In this document: piece by piece, positions 1 to 7,362 of the stretch
Numbering within the stretch: the stretch's first letter is position 1
Layout: each line of letters opens with the position of its first letter
Source: Pseudodesulfovibrio mercurii
GTDB taxonomy: Bacteria; Desulfobacterota; Desulfovibrionia; Desulfovibrionales; Desulfovibrionaceae
Length of the DNA: 32,000 bases
Reading direction: 5' to 3'
NCBI RefSeq assembly: GCF_000189295.2
Contig: NC_016803.1
Coordinates: 2,640,001 to 2,672,000 of the forward strand
The notes under the pieces: generated by a model
Told to the model about the DNA's origin: nothing
What the model saw: only the letters and a program-made list of their open reading frames with translations
The model's database searches: none
Made by a program: the position numbers and the translations under genes

Positions 1-968
1 CGTACATGGTCCCGCGCTGGGCCAAGGCCGCGGGCGAGACCTACGGCCGGGGGCCGGGGCAGACCGCGTTGTCGGACGTGCGCGTGCTCAACGCCATGGC
101 CCGGACCGCGCTCATGGCGGCGGAGAAGATGTCCGATCCGCCGCTGATGGTCCCGGACGACGGCTTTCTCGGGCCGGTCCGTTCCGGTCCGGGCGGGCTG
201 TCCTATTACCGGGCCGGGTCCACGGACCGCATCGAGGCCTTGCCGGTGAACGTGGACCTGCGCGCGGCCGAGGAGATGATGAACGGCCGCCGGGAGTCCA
301 TCGGCCGGATATTCCTGTCCGATCAGCTGGCCCCGGAGGGGCCGGCGGTCACGGCCACGGAGGCGGTCATCCGCCAGGCCGAGAAGATGCGCGTGCTCGG
401 CCCGGTGCTGGGCCGGTTGCAGACCGAGTTCCTCAGCCCGCTGATCCGGCGGGTGTTCCGGGTCATGCTGCGCGGCGGGGCGCTGCCGCCGTTCCCGGAG
501 GGGTTGTCCCCGGACGATCTGGAGGTGCGCTACACCTCGTCCGTGACCCGCGCCCAGAAGCAGTACGAGGCCCAGGGACTGGCCCAGGTCATGGAGTACC
601 TGTCGCCCCTGGTGGGCGGCCGGGACGCCTTCGGGATCATGGACAACTTCGACACGGACCGGGTGGCCCGGCACGTGGCCGAGTTGTTCAACATCCCGTC
701 CGACTACCTCAAGTCCGAGGACCGCGTGGTCGAGGGGCGGACGCAGAAACAGCGGGTCGCGAGCTCGCAGCAGACCGCGTCCACCGTGGCCAACGCGGCG
801 GCCATCGCCAAGACCCTGTCCGAGGCCTACACGGACCGGCCCAGCGCCCTGACCGAGCTGTGGGGGATGCTGACCGGCATGCTCGGGGCCAAGGCCGGGG
901 CGGAGGCCGCGCAGCCCGCTTCCGCGCAAACGGACCCCGCCGCATACGAGGAGGCGCCCCATGCCTGA
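1..968 (+). CDS. Phage portal / head-to-tail connector protein, C-terminal part (5' end outside window)
   Basis: ORF 6-968 stays open to the window edge (codon 3-5 is tac, no upstream stop). Composition is balanced and protein-like. The sequence (LSYYRAG..IEALPVNVDL..; Q/A/S-rich tail) resembles podovirus-type portal C-terminal halves from memory. The next gene's ATG (961) lies within its last codons, as in a phage head module. Confidence 0.55.
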   Translation, partial: YMVPRWAKAAGETYGRGPGQTALSDVRVLNAMARTALMAAEKMSDPPLMVPDDGFLGPVRSGPGGLSYYRAGSTDRIEALPVNVDLRAAEEMMNGRRESIGRIFLSDQLAPEGPAVTATEAVIRQAEKMRVLGPVLGRLQTEFLSPLIRRVFRVMLRGGALPPFPEGLSPDDLEVRYTSSVTRAQKQYEAQGLAQVMEYLSPLVGGRDAFGIMDNFDTDRVARHVAELFNIPSDYLKSEDRVVEGRTQKQRVASSQQTASTVANAAAIAKTLSEAYTDRPSALTELWGMLTGMLGAKAGAEAAQPASAQTDPAAYEEAPHA

Positions 969-1191
969 GACCAGCCCGCTTGAACTGCACCGGGCCTACA
1001 GGCGGCTGTTCGACTCCGCCGACGGGCGCGTGGTCATGGCCGATCTGGAGCGGCGCGGCTGCTTCATGCGGCCGACCTATTCCACGGACCGGGGCAGGAC
1101 CGAATTCAACGAAGGCCGCAGGTCCCTGGTCCTGCACATGAAGCAGATGCTTGAACCCGACAACTTCATCGAAAAGGAGAACAACCGATGA
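961..1191 (+). CDS. Small phage head-module protein, function unknown
   Basis: 76-aa ORF. Its ATG at 961 overlaps the portal stop by 8 nt. Its TGA overlaps the next ATG (ATGATG at 1188). Composition is not R/P/G-biased. Confidence 0.5.
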   Translation: MPETSPLELHRAYRRLFDSADGRVVMADLERRGCFMRPTYSTDRGRTEFNEGRRSLVLHMKQMLEPDNFIEKENNR

Positions 1192-2033
1192 TGACCGACA
1201 AGAATGAAAAGCAGAAGAATTGGCGGATGACCCTGCCCGAGGAGTGGACCGTGCGCCAGACGGGCGAGGATGGGACCGAGACCGAGATCCCCCTGCGCGA
1301 CCATCCGGCGCTGGCCAAGTACGCCACCAAGGACGAGGCCGTGAAGGCCCTGGTCCATGCCCAGCGCATGCTCGGCAAGACCCCGGAGGGGTACGTGCGC
1401 CTGCCCGGCGACCAGGATTCGCCCGAGGACCAGGCCGCCTTCTACGCCGCCCTGGGCAGACCGGAGAAGCCGGACGGTTACGGCCTGCCGGACATGGACC
1501 TGCCCGACGGCTTCGAGCTCCGCGAGGACCTGATCGGCGGCCTGCGCGAGAAGTCCTTCGAGCTGGGGCTGACCCCCCGGCAGGTGGTCGGACTGTACGA
1601 GTGGTTCCTGCCCCTGGTCCTGGACACCCACCACGACATGACGGCCAAGGCGGCCCGGCTGCGCGAGACCGAGCTGGATTCCCTGCGCTCGGTGCACCGG
1701 GGCGACACCCCGTCGCTGCTCGATTCGGCCCTGCGCGCGGCCGAGGCCGTGGGCGGGCGCGAGCTGCTGGCCGCCCTGGACGACACGGGCGCGGGCAACC
1801 GGGCGGCGGTCATCAGCGCCTTCGCCAGGATCGCGCCCCTGGTCCTGGAGAGCGGCCTGCGCGGCTCGGCCCGTGGCTGGGGCGAGGACCTGACCATCGA
1901 GCGGCTGCGCGAGATGATGCAGGACCCGCGCTACAAGGACCCGACCCAGCGCGAGGATTCGTTCGTCAAGAAGGTCAACCAGGGCTTCGAGCTGCTCTAT
2001 CCCGGCGACTACGTGCCCGGCAGCCGCATCTAG
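1188..2033 (+). CDS. Phage scaffolding-like head assembly protein
   Basis: 281-aa acidic protein directly after the portal and the small gene. The motif 'GRPEKPDGYGLPDMDLPDGFEL...ELGLTPRQV' is of the kind I associate with phage scaffold/assembly proteins. Assignment rests on position and memory only. Confidence 0.45.
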   Translation: MMTDKNEKQKNWRMTLPEEWTVRQTGEDGTETEIPLRDHPALAKYATKDEAVKALVHAQRMLGKTPEGYVRLPGDQDSPEDQAAFYAALGRPEKPDGYGLPDMDLPDGFELREDLIGGLREKSFELGLTPRQVVGLYEWFLPLVLDTHHDMTAKAARLRETELDSLRSVHRGDTPSLLDSALRAAEAVGGRELLAALDDTGAGNRAAVISAFARIAPLVLESGLRGSARGWGEDLTIERLREMMQDPRYKDPTQREDSFVKKVNQGFELLYPGDYVPGSRI

Positions 2034-2035
2034 GC

Positions 2036-2158
2036 GGACTGTTGAAAAGGGGCCGTCTGCGTCGTTGCTTCGGATAATCCGCCTCCTCACGTATGAGAAG
2101 AATACGCTGCGGGGCGGATTATCCTCGCGCCTAGCATCCACCCCCTTTTGAACAGTCC
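2036..2158. repeat. Three-tier nested inverted repeat (about 123 bp)
   Basis: Outer arms GGACTGTTGAAAAGGGG (2036-2052) and CCCCTTTTGAACAGTCC (2142-2158), one central mismatch. Middle arms GGATAATCCGCC (2072-2083) and GGCGGATTATCC (2113-2124), perfect 12 bp. Inner arms CGTAT (2090-2094) and ATACG (2102-2106). Confidence 0.75.
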
Positions 2159-2208
2159 ACAAGACGGTGTGAGGGGCCTCACAACCCCTCTTGTCATACC
2201 CTCCTGAA

Positions 2209-2234
2209 GGGCCGGAGGCGAGAGCCTCCGGCCC
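2209..2234. other. GC-rich stem-loop (11-bp stem, GAGA loop)
   Basis: GGGCCGGAGGC-GAGA-GCCTCCGGCCC. No T-run on either side, so it is not a canonical intrinsic terminator. It contains the CCGGAGGC core seen in other intergenic repeats of this window. Confidence 0.6.
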
Positions 2235-2253
2235 GCAATATAAGTAACTGAAT

Positions 2254-3002
2254 ATGAACGACTTGTTGAAATCGGATGCATTGACCTGCATCGACACGGA
2301 CAGGGTCACCGGCCAGCCCCGGCGCAAGTGGATCGAGTACGCCGACGGCGTCGTGGAGCCGGTGCGCAAGGCAGGCAACCTGAACAGGAAATTCCACGGC
2401 AACAAGCGGAGCCTGGACTGGTGGACCGTAGACAAGCCCGTGGACTGGAACCCGCTGGACGAGGGCAGGGACGTCTCCCTGAACCACGACTACGGGCGGG
2501 AGGCCAAACCGCAGGCAAGGCCGGGCGGGCAAACCGTCCCCGCCAGGCCCGGACATGGTGGCGAGGGTCGCCGGAGCCGGGCCAAACGCCGGGCTCCCCG
2601 AGCGGCAAGGCCGAAGAGGCCAATGACGCGGCCGGCACCACCGGAGCCCTCGGCGGCATGGTGCAGTCCAAGGGGCAGCATGGAAGGGGGAAAGTTACCG
2701 GGGGTGATGAAGCGATTAAGCAATTTAAGACAGCTTATGAAGCTGCAAAGCCTGAGAATAAGTCACGAGTTAAAGCTGATTTTCAAGAGAAAATCGGTGC
2801 ATTAAAAGAAGAAGCCAAACAAGCTACGGGAAAAGAGCGGCAAAAACTGCTCAAGCGGGCGCAGCAGTGGCAGGGGGCGTTGAAGATTCTCACCGACGGA
2901 AAGATCCGTCCGAGTGCGCCGTTGATCTTGTTCAATGTCCCCCTTTTCGAGCGGTTGTTGGACAACCACTTCACCGATCCGCGCATTCCGGACAAGACGT
3001 AA
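2254..3002 (+). pseudogene. Frame-disrupted (or recoded) CDS of unknown function
   Basis: Frame-1 ORF 2254-2805 starts protein-like (MNDLLKSDALTCIDTDRVTGQPRRKWIEYADGVV...) and then decays into R/P/A-rich text. The frame-3 ORF ending at 3002 becomes protein-like from about 2577 (PGQTPGSPSGKAEEANDAAG...KQFKTAYEAAKPENK...). A related repeat reads PGGQTVP in frame 1 (2521-2541) and PGQTPGSP in frame 3 (2577-2599), so the shift lies between 2541 and 2577. There is no SD before the ATG at 2254. The 3' part is visibly AT-richer. Confidence 0.4.
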
Positions 3003-3009
3003 GCTGAAC

Positions 3010-3029
3010 GGGCGGCCTTCGTGCCGCCC
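3010..3029. terminator. Stem-loop between convergent stops (possible bidirectional terminator)
   Basis: GGGCGGC-CTTCGT-GCCGCCC, a 7-bp stem between stop 3002 (+) and stop 3036 (-). It is followed by a partly T-rich tract (ctcgctttacgtatttt). Confidence 0.35.
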
Positions 3030-3035
3030 CTCGCT

Positions 3036-3452
3036 TTACGTATTTTCAACGACCAGTTTACCGTCAATCAGAGTGGCTGTGTAGAATTGATCCTTCATGC
3101 GGCGCACGTTTTCCGCGTCTTCCAACGCCTTGAGCCAGCCCGCAAAATTGTTCAGGAGGTCCTTCTCCGCGATGCGTTCTTTGACTCGCGGCGAGATGTC
3201 GGCCGGGACGGCCGAAATGATGATGTAGGGGGAACGCTCCGCCCATCCGCCGCTCGTTTGGGCTTCGCCGAGCATTCGAGAGGAAAGGAAGGGGCCTTTG
3301 CTACGATGTTTGGGGTTACAGGAAAAAGCGATAAAACGGAGTTCCGGGACCCCGGCCCGTTCCAGTGCCGCGTCCAGGTCTCCCCGCTTTATGGGGTAGG
3401 TGTATCCCTTGAGCAGCTTGTCGCGGCCCAGAAATTTGTATTCCAAAGCCAT
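3036..3452 (-). CDS. Hypothetical protein (138 aa), no family recognised
   Basis: ATG at 3452 is preceded by AAGGAAG at a 6-nt spacing. Composition is balanced. The DNA is AT-richer than its surroundings. The gene is convergent with the frame-disrupted ORF. Confidence 0.6.
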   Translation of the reverse strand: MALEYKFLGRDKLLKGYTYPIKRGDLDAALERAGVPELRFIAFSCNPKHRSKGPFLSSRMLGEAQTSGGWAERSPYIIISAVPADISPRVKERIAEKDLLNNFAGWLKALEDAENVRRMKDQFYTATLIDGKLVVENT

Positions 3453-3471
3453 GGCGGCTTCCTTTGTCTAG

Positions 3472-3488
3472 CGAATATATAATATTCG
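3472..3488. promoter_or_regulatory. Perfect palindrome CGAATAT-ATA-ATATTCG upstream of the 138-aa gene
   Basis: 7-bp arms, 20 nt upstream of the ATG at 3452, in an AT-rich divergent control region. Candidate operator or promoter element. Confidence 0.3.
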
Positions 3489-3621
3489 ATTGCGAGAGGC
3501 AAGGGAAGGCCGGGACGGGAGAGGGGGCAGAGGTCGTGCCGTGCCCGTTTATCCCGGGCCGTTGAGTGAATTGAGGATTCCGATGCAGTTCTTGCGTTTT
3601 TTAAACAGAACTTAAGTATTC

Positions 3622-3649
3622 TTGACATCCTGGCCCGTTGCCGTAGAAA
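3622..3649 (+). promoter_or_regulatory. Candidate sigma70-type promoter for the MBOAT gene
   Basis: TTGACA (3622-3627), a 16-nt spacer, then TAGAAA (3644-3649), about 50 nt upstream of the ATG at 3701. Confidence 0.3.
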
Positions 3650-3700
3650 AGGGCGGACAGGCCGGAGCCGTGTCCCGTCAATTCAACCAGTGCCGCACCT

Positions 3701-5188
3701 ATGCTTTTCAATTCACCGGAATTCCTTTTCCTTTTCCTGCCTGCGGCCTGCCTGATCTTCTACTTCGCCCGGCGCGTGTCGCCCACGGCCCAGGTCGTCT
3801 CCATCATCGGGCTGTCGCTCTTCTTCTACGGCTACTGGCGCATCGAGTACCTGCCGGTGCTCCTGTTCAGCCTGGCGACCAACGGGCTGTTCGCCTTCCT
3901 GATCGGCCGCGCCCGGTCCGACGCCATGCGCAAAACCTGGCTCGTCCTCGGCGTGACCGTGGCCCTGTCCGTGCTCGGGTTCTACAAGTACACCCACTTC
4001 CTGATGGAGAACCTGAGCCTCCTGTTCGGGTTCGACTATGCCGGTCGGGCCGGGGAGATACCCATCGGCCTGTCCTTCTACACCTTCACGGCCATCGCCT
4101 TCCTGACCGACATCCACACCCGGCGCATCGAGACCTTCACCTGGCCCGAGTACGGGGCGACCATCACCTACTTCCCCCATCTGGTGGCCGGGCCGATTCT
4201 CTTCCATCACGACACCATCCCGCAGCTGCGCCTGCCGGGCGGCATCCGCCTGACCCCGGAGCGGGTCATGCTCTTCCTCTTCTTCTTTTCCGTGGGGCTG
4301 CTGAAGAAGACCGGGCTGGCCGACAACGTGGCGCACATCTCCGACCCGATCTTCGCCCAGGTGGCGGGCGGCGGCATCCCGAACCCCGGCCAGGCGTGGC
4401 GGGCGGCGCTCGGCTATTCCATGCAGCTCTATTTCGACTTTTCGGGCTATTCGGACATGGCCATCGGCCTGGGCTGCCTGCTCGGCATCCGCGTCCCGGC
4501 CAACTTCTATTCGCCCTACCGGTCCAGGAACATCGCCGAGTTCTGGCAGCGCTGGCACATCTCGCTCGGCTACTTCCTGCGCACCTACCTGTACATCCCG
4601 CTCGGCGGCAACCGCAAAGGGGCCACCCGCACCCTGGTCAACCTGTTCATCGTCTTCTTCCTGTGCGGACTGTGGCACGGCGCGGGCTGGACCTTCGTGG
4701 TCTGGGGGGTTATGCACGGCGCGGCCATGGTCGTGCAGCGCATCTTCTCCTCGCGGGTCCGGCTGCCGGACACCCGGCTGGTCGCGGTCTGCTCCATCCT
4801 GGTCACGTTCGTGTTCGCGGTCTTCGCCTGGGTGGTCTTCCGGGCCGATTCCTTCCATACGGCCTCGGTCATCATGCGGGCCATGGTCGGGGTGTCCGCG
4901 GGCCGGCTCCACAACCTGCCCAACCAGTACGTCGAGCTCTACCTCGGCCTGCTCATGCTCGTGGTCTGGCTCATGCCCAACACCGTGCAGATCATGCGCC
5001 GGTTCGACCCGGCCATCCTGCTCGGCAAGCGCAATGAATATCCCTTTGCCCGGCTGGTGCCCGCCGCCCTGCGCGAGGGCCACGGGTTCGCCTATGCCGC
5101 CGGGGCGTTTTCCGCCCTGGCCCTGGTCACGGGCGCGGTCTTCATGTTCGTCAACGGACAGGTCCGGTACCTGTATTTCGACTTCTGA
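3701..5188 (+). CDS. MBOAT-family membrane-bound O-acyltransferase (AlgI/DltB/PatA-like)
   Basis: Canonical N-terminus MLFNSPEFLFLFLP. Polytopic. Motifs FWQRWHISLG, YIPLGGNRKG and GLWHGAGW, including the conserved MBOAT His. Confidence 0.9.
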   Translation: MLFNSPEFLFLFLPAACLIFYFARRVSPTAQVVSIIGLSLFFYGYWRIEYLPVLLFSLATNGLFAFLIGRARSDAMRKTWLVLGVTVALSVLGFYKYTHFLMENLSLLFGFDYAGRAGEIPIGLSFYTFTAIAFLTDIHTRRIETFTWPEYGATITYFPHLVAGPILFHHDTIPQLRLPGGIRLTPERVMLFLFFFSVGLLKKTGLADNVAHISDPIFAQVAGGGIPNPGQAWRAALGYSMQLYFDFSGYSDMAIGLGCLLGIRVPANFYSPYRSRNIAEFWQRWHISLGYFLRTYLYIPLGGNRKGATRTLVNLFIVFFLCGLWHGAGWTFVVWGVMHGAAMVVQRIFSSRVRLPDTRLVAVCSILVTFVFAVFAWVVFRADSFHTASVIMRAMVGVSAGRLHNLPNQYVELYLGLLMLVVWLMPNTVQIMRRFDPAILLGKRNEYPFARLVPAALREGHGFAYAAGAFSALALVTGAVFMFVNGQVRYLYFDF

Positions 5189-6258
5189 TGACCAGGCGAT
5201 TCTTCATAACCTTCGCCCTGGTGGTCCTGGTCTACGGCGGATTCGCGGCGTTCAACTTCTCGCTCGTCCACCTGGCCGGGGAGACGCGCCCGTACGCGGA
5301 CATCGCCCGCGCCCAGCAGGAGCATCCGGACATCCTCTACGGCCCGCTCTTCAACAACGGGCACGCCGCCTACAAGTATGCGCTCATGGAGGCGCGGCCC
5401 CACGAGGTGGTGGTGGCCGGGTCGTCCCGCGCCCTGCAATTCCGGCAGGCCTTCTTCGCCGCGCCCATGGTCAACTGCGGCCGGATCATGTCCAGCGTGC
5501 GCACCGCGCTCAACTTCTTCGAGTACATGGAGAAACAGCCGCCCAAGACGATCCTGGTCACGGTCGATTTCTGGTGGTTCCGCGAGCCGCTGAACGAGGT
5601 GACCGGGGAGCACGTCTTCACCCTGCCCGATGGCACCGAGCGCAGCCTGGACATGTTCTACATGCCCGCCTGGTACGTGACCCGGGGCAAGATCGGCGTC
5701 GCCGGGGTGCTGGACAACGCCCCCCTGTTCCATGCGCGGTCCGGGCTGATCGGCCTGCGGGCCATCAGCCAGGGGGAGGGGTTCGAGGCCGACGGCGCGC
5801 ACCACGGGCCGCGAGGCACGCAGCGGACCCACGAGGACATGGTCGCCAACGTCAAGACGCGCATCGGGAAGACCGAATTCCGCTACAGCGACCGGCTCCA
5901 GACCGGGGCCCTGGACGCCTTCTTCGGCAAGGTGGCGGAGCTGGAGCGCCTGGGCCACACGGTGGTCGTGGTCTTTCCTCCGATCTCCCCGGCCTTCGAG
6001 GACGAACTGGCGACCAACAAGGGGTACGGATACGTGGCCAAGACCCTGGAGGACGCCGTTCGGCGCGGGGCCGTGGACATGCAGGACCCGGCCCGGCTCG
6101 GCCTGGCCCCGGCCGAGTTCCTGGATTCCCTGCATCCCACCACGCGCGGGGACGCCAGGCTTCTGCTCGAACTGGCCCGCCTGCATCCCGAACTGCGCCG
6201 GGTCCTGGACCTGGGCGCGGTGGAGCGGTTCCTGGCTTCGGGCCGGGAACGGCCGTAG
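5188..6258 (+). CDS. Membrane-anchored DltD/SGNH-like acyl-transfer partner of the MBOAT
   Basis: Its ATG overlaps the MBOAT TGA (TGATG). One N-terminal TM helix. A 'VVAGSSRA' Ser motif resembling DltD GSSE, and a C-terminal 'DSLH' (DxxH) like the SGNH catalytic pair. Confidence 0.65.
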   Translation: MTRRFFITFALVVLVYGGFAAFNFSLVHLAGETRPYADIARAQQEHPDILYGPLFNNGHAAYKYALMEARPHEVVVAGSSRALQFRQAFFAAPMVNCGRIMSSVRTALNFFEYMEKQPPKTILVTVDFWWFREPLNEVTGEHVFTLPDGTERSLDMFYMPAWYVTRGKIGVAGVLDNAPLFHARSGLIGLRAISQGEGFEADGAHHGPRGTQRTHEDMVANVKTRIGKTEFRYSDRLQTGALDAFFGKVAELERLGHTVVVVFPPISPAFEDELATNKGYGYVAKTLEDAVRRGAVDMQDPARLGLAPAEFLDSLHPTTRGDARLLLELARLHPELRRVLDLGAVERFLASGRERP

Positions 6259-6286
6259 GACGCCGGATTCCTTTTCTTTAACTCGC

Positions 6287-6502
6287 TTATTTTCCGTCCG
6301 AAGCGGCGGCCTCGAGGTCGGTCAGCAGGGCGTCGAGGTCCAGCCCGTAGCGGGCGGCCGCGTCGGCCACGGTCTCGAACAGGGCCTTGCAGAGCAGGCA
6401 TTCGCCCGCCTGTTCGTCGCGGGCGCGGAAGACCGGTTCGGTGGCGCGGTACTGATGGACCACGTCCAGGAGGGTCATGTCCGGGGTGATGCGGCGGGTC
6501 AC
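6287..6502 (-). CDS. DUF1858-type (hybrid-cluster-protein-associated) redox disulfide domain protein
   Basis: 71 aa. 'ITPDMTLLDVVHQY...PVF' matches the family N-terminus as I remember it. CxxC present (CLLC). The GTG start overlaps the upstream stop (GTGA). Confidence 0.75.
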   Translation of the reverse strand: MTRRITPDMTLLDVVHQYRATEPVFRARDEQAGECLLCKALFETVADAAARYGLDLDALLTDLEAAASDGK

Positions 6503-7362
6503 GGCAGCTCCTTCATGGCCCGGGCCAGGGCCTGCGGGATGTGCGGGACCAGCTCGCCGATCTGCGAGGCCGGGGTTGGGCGGGCGGCCTCGCCCGCGTA
6601 GCGGTTGGCCTGGGCCGCCACGTGCGCGGCCCTGGGCGCTGACAGTCCGGCCGCCATCAGGGCGCAGGCCATGCCCGTGACCGTGTCGCCCGTGCCGCCC
6701 ATGGCCTCCATGGCCTCCACGGTGGGGCTTGAGACCTCGGCCAGGACCCCGGTGCGGTCCGCGATGCGGTCCACGCGTCCCTTGACCAGCAGGCAGCGGG
6801 CCGCGTTGTCGTTGCGGTAGGCGCGCTCGATGAGCTCGGGCCCCCGGTCCTCGTCCTGGAGGATGAAGCCGCGCGTGTAGAAGGGGTGCGGCGCGGCCTC
6901 GTCGGCCAGGAAGGCCAGCTCCCCGGCGTCGGGCGTGAACAGGGCGTATTCCCCGGCGAAGCCGCTCATCTTGGCCGCGTACATGAACCCGGCGTCCGCC
7001 ACCAGGGCGGGCGGCCCGGCCATGGCCTGGGCGGCCATGAGCACGCGGTTGTGCCAGTCCACGTCGGGCTGGAGGTAGTGGAAGGCCAGGACCGAGCAGG
7101 TCCGCGAGGGCAGGACCTCGGTCAGATGGCGGTACAGCTCGCGGCTGCCCCGGCCGAGCCCCTCGTCGCCCACCAGCAGGGCGTGGGGCGGGGGCGCGCC
7201 GAGAAAGGCGCAGGCCGCATCGGCCGCGGCCAGCAGGGCAGGGGTGCCCCGGTCCGGGGGCAGGGCGCGGCCGTCCACCATGAGCGCGCCGCGCGCAATC
7301 TCCACGGGCGCGTCCAGGACCGGCACGGCCGGGTCCGGGATGGTGCCGACTACGACGAGCAT
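6499..7362 (-). CDS. YjeF_C-like carbohydrate-kinase-fold protein (NAD(P)H-hydrate dehydratase family-like)
   Basis: Real start is the ATG at 7362 (MLVVVGT...). The 121 codons upstream in the ORF track are R/P/G junk overlapping the upstream gene. Motifs TPDAGELAFL, LLVKGRVDRI and GGTGDTVTG parallel YjeF_C TPHxGExxRL, LLKGxxDxI and GGxGDxLxG. Confidence 0.65.
   Translation of the reverse strand: MLVVVGTIPDPAVPVLDAPVEIARGALMVDGRALPPDRGTPALLAAADAACAFLGAPPPHALLVGDEGLGRGSRELYRHLTEVLPSRTCSVLAFHYLQPDVDWHNRVLMAAQAMAGPPALVADAGFMYAAKMSGFAGEYALFTPDAGELAFLADEAAPHPFYTRGFILQDEDRGPELIERAYRNDNAARCLLVKGRVDRIADRTGVLAEVSSPTVEAMEAMGGTGDTVTGMACALMAAGLSAPRAAHVAAQANRYAGEAARPTPASQIGELVPHIPQALARAMKELP

Noticed and set aside
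2087-2281. A 64-aa minus-strand ORF inside the nested palindrome
   Set aside because: It is encoded entirely by palindromic repeat DNA, has no SD, and its composition is implausible.
1-3452. Calling the left end an active prophage or mobile element
   Set aside because: No integrase, transposase, terminase, capsid or att-like direct repeats are visible in the window. Only a three-gene head fragment is present.
3622-5083. ORFs 3622-5037 (+) and 3713-5083 (-) overlapping the MBOAT gene
   Set aside because: R/P/H-rich junk translations. The 3701-5188 frame has the canonical MBOAT N-terminus and His motifs.
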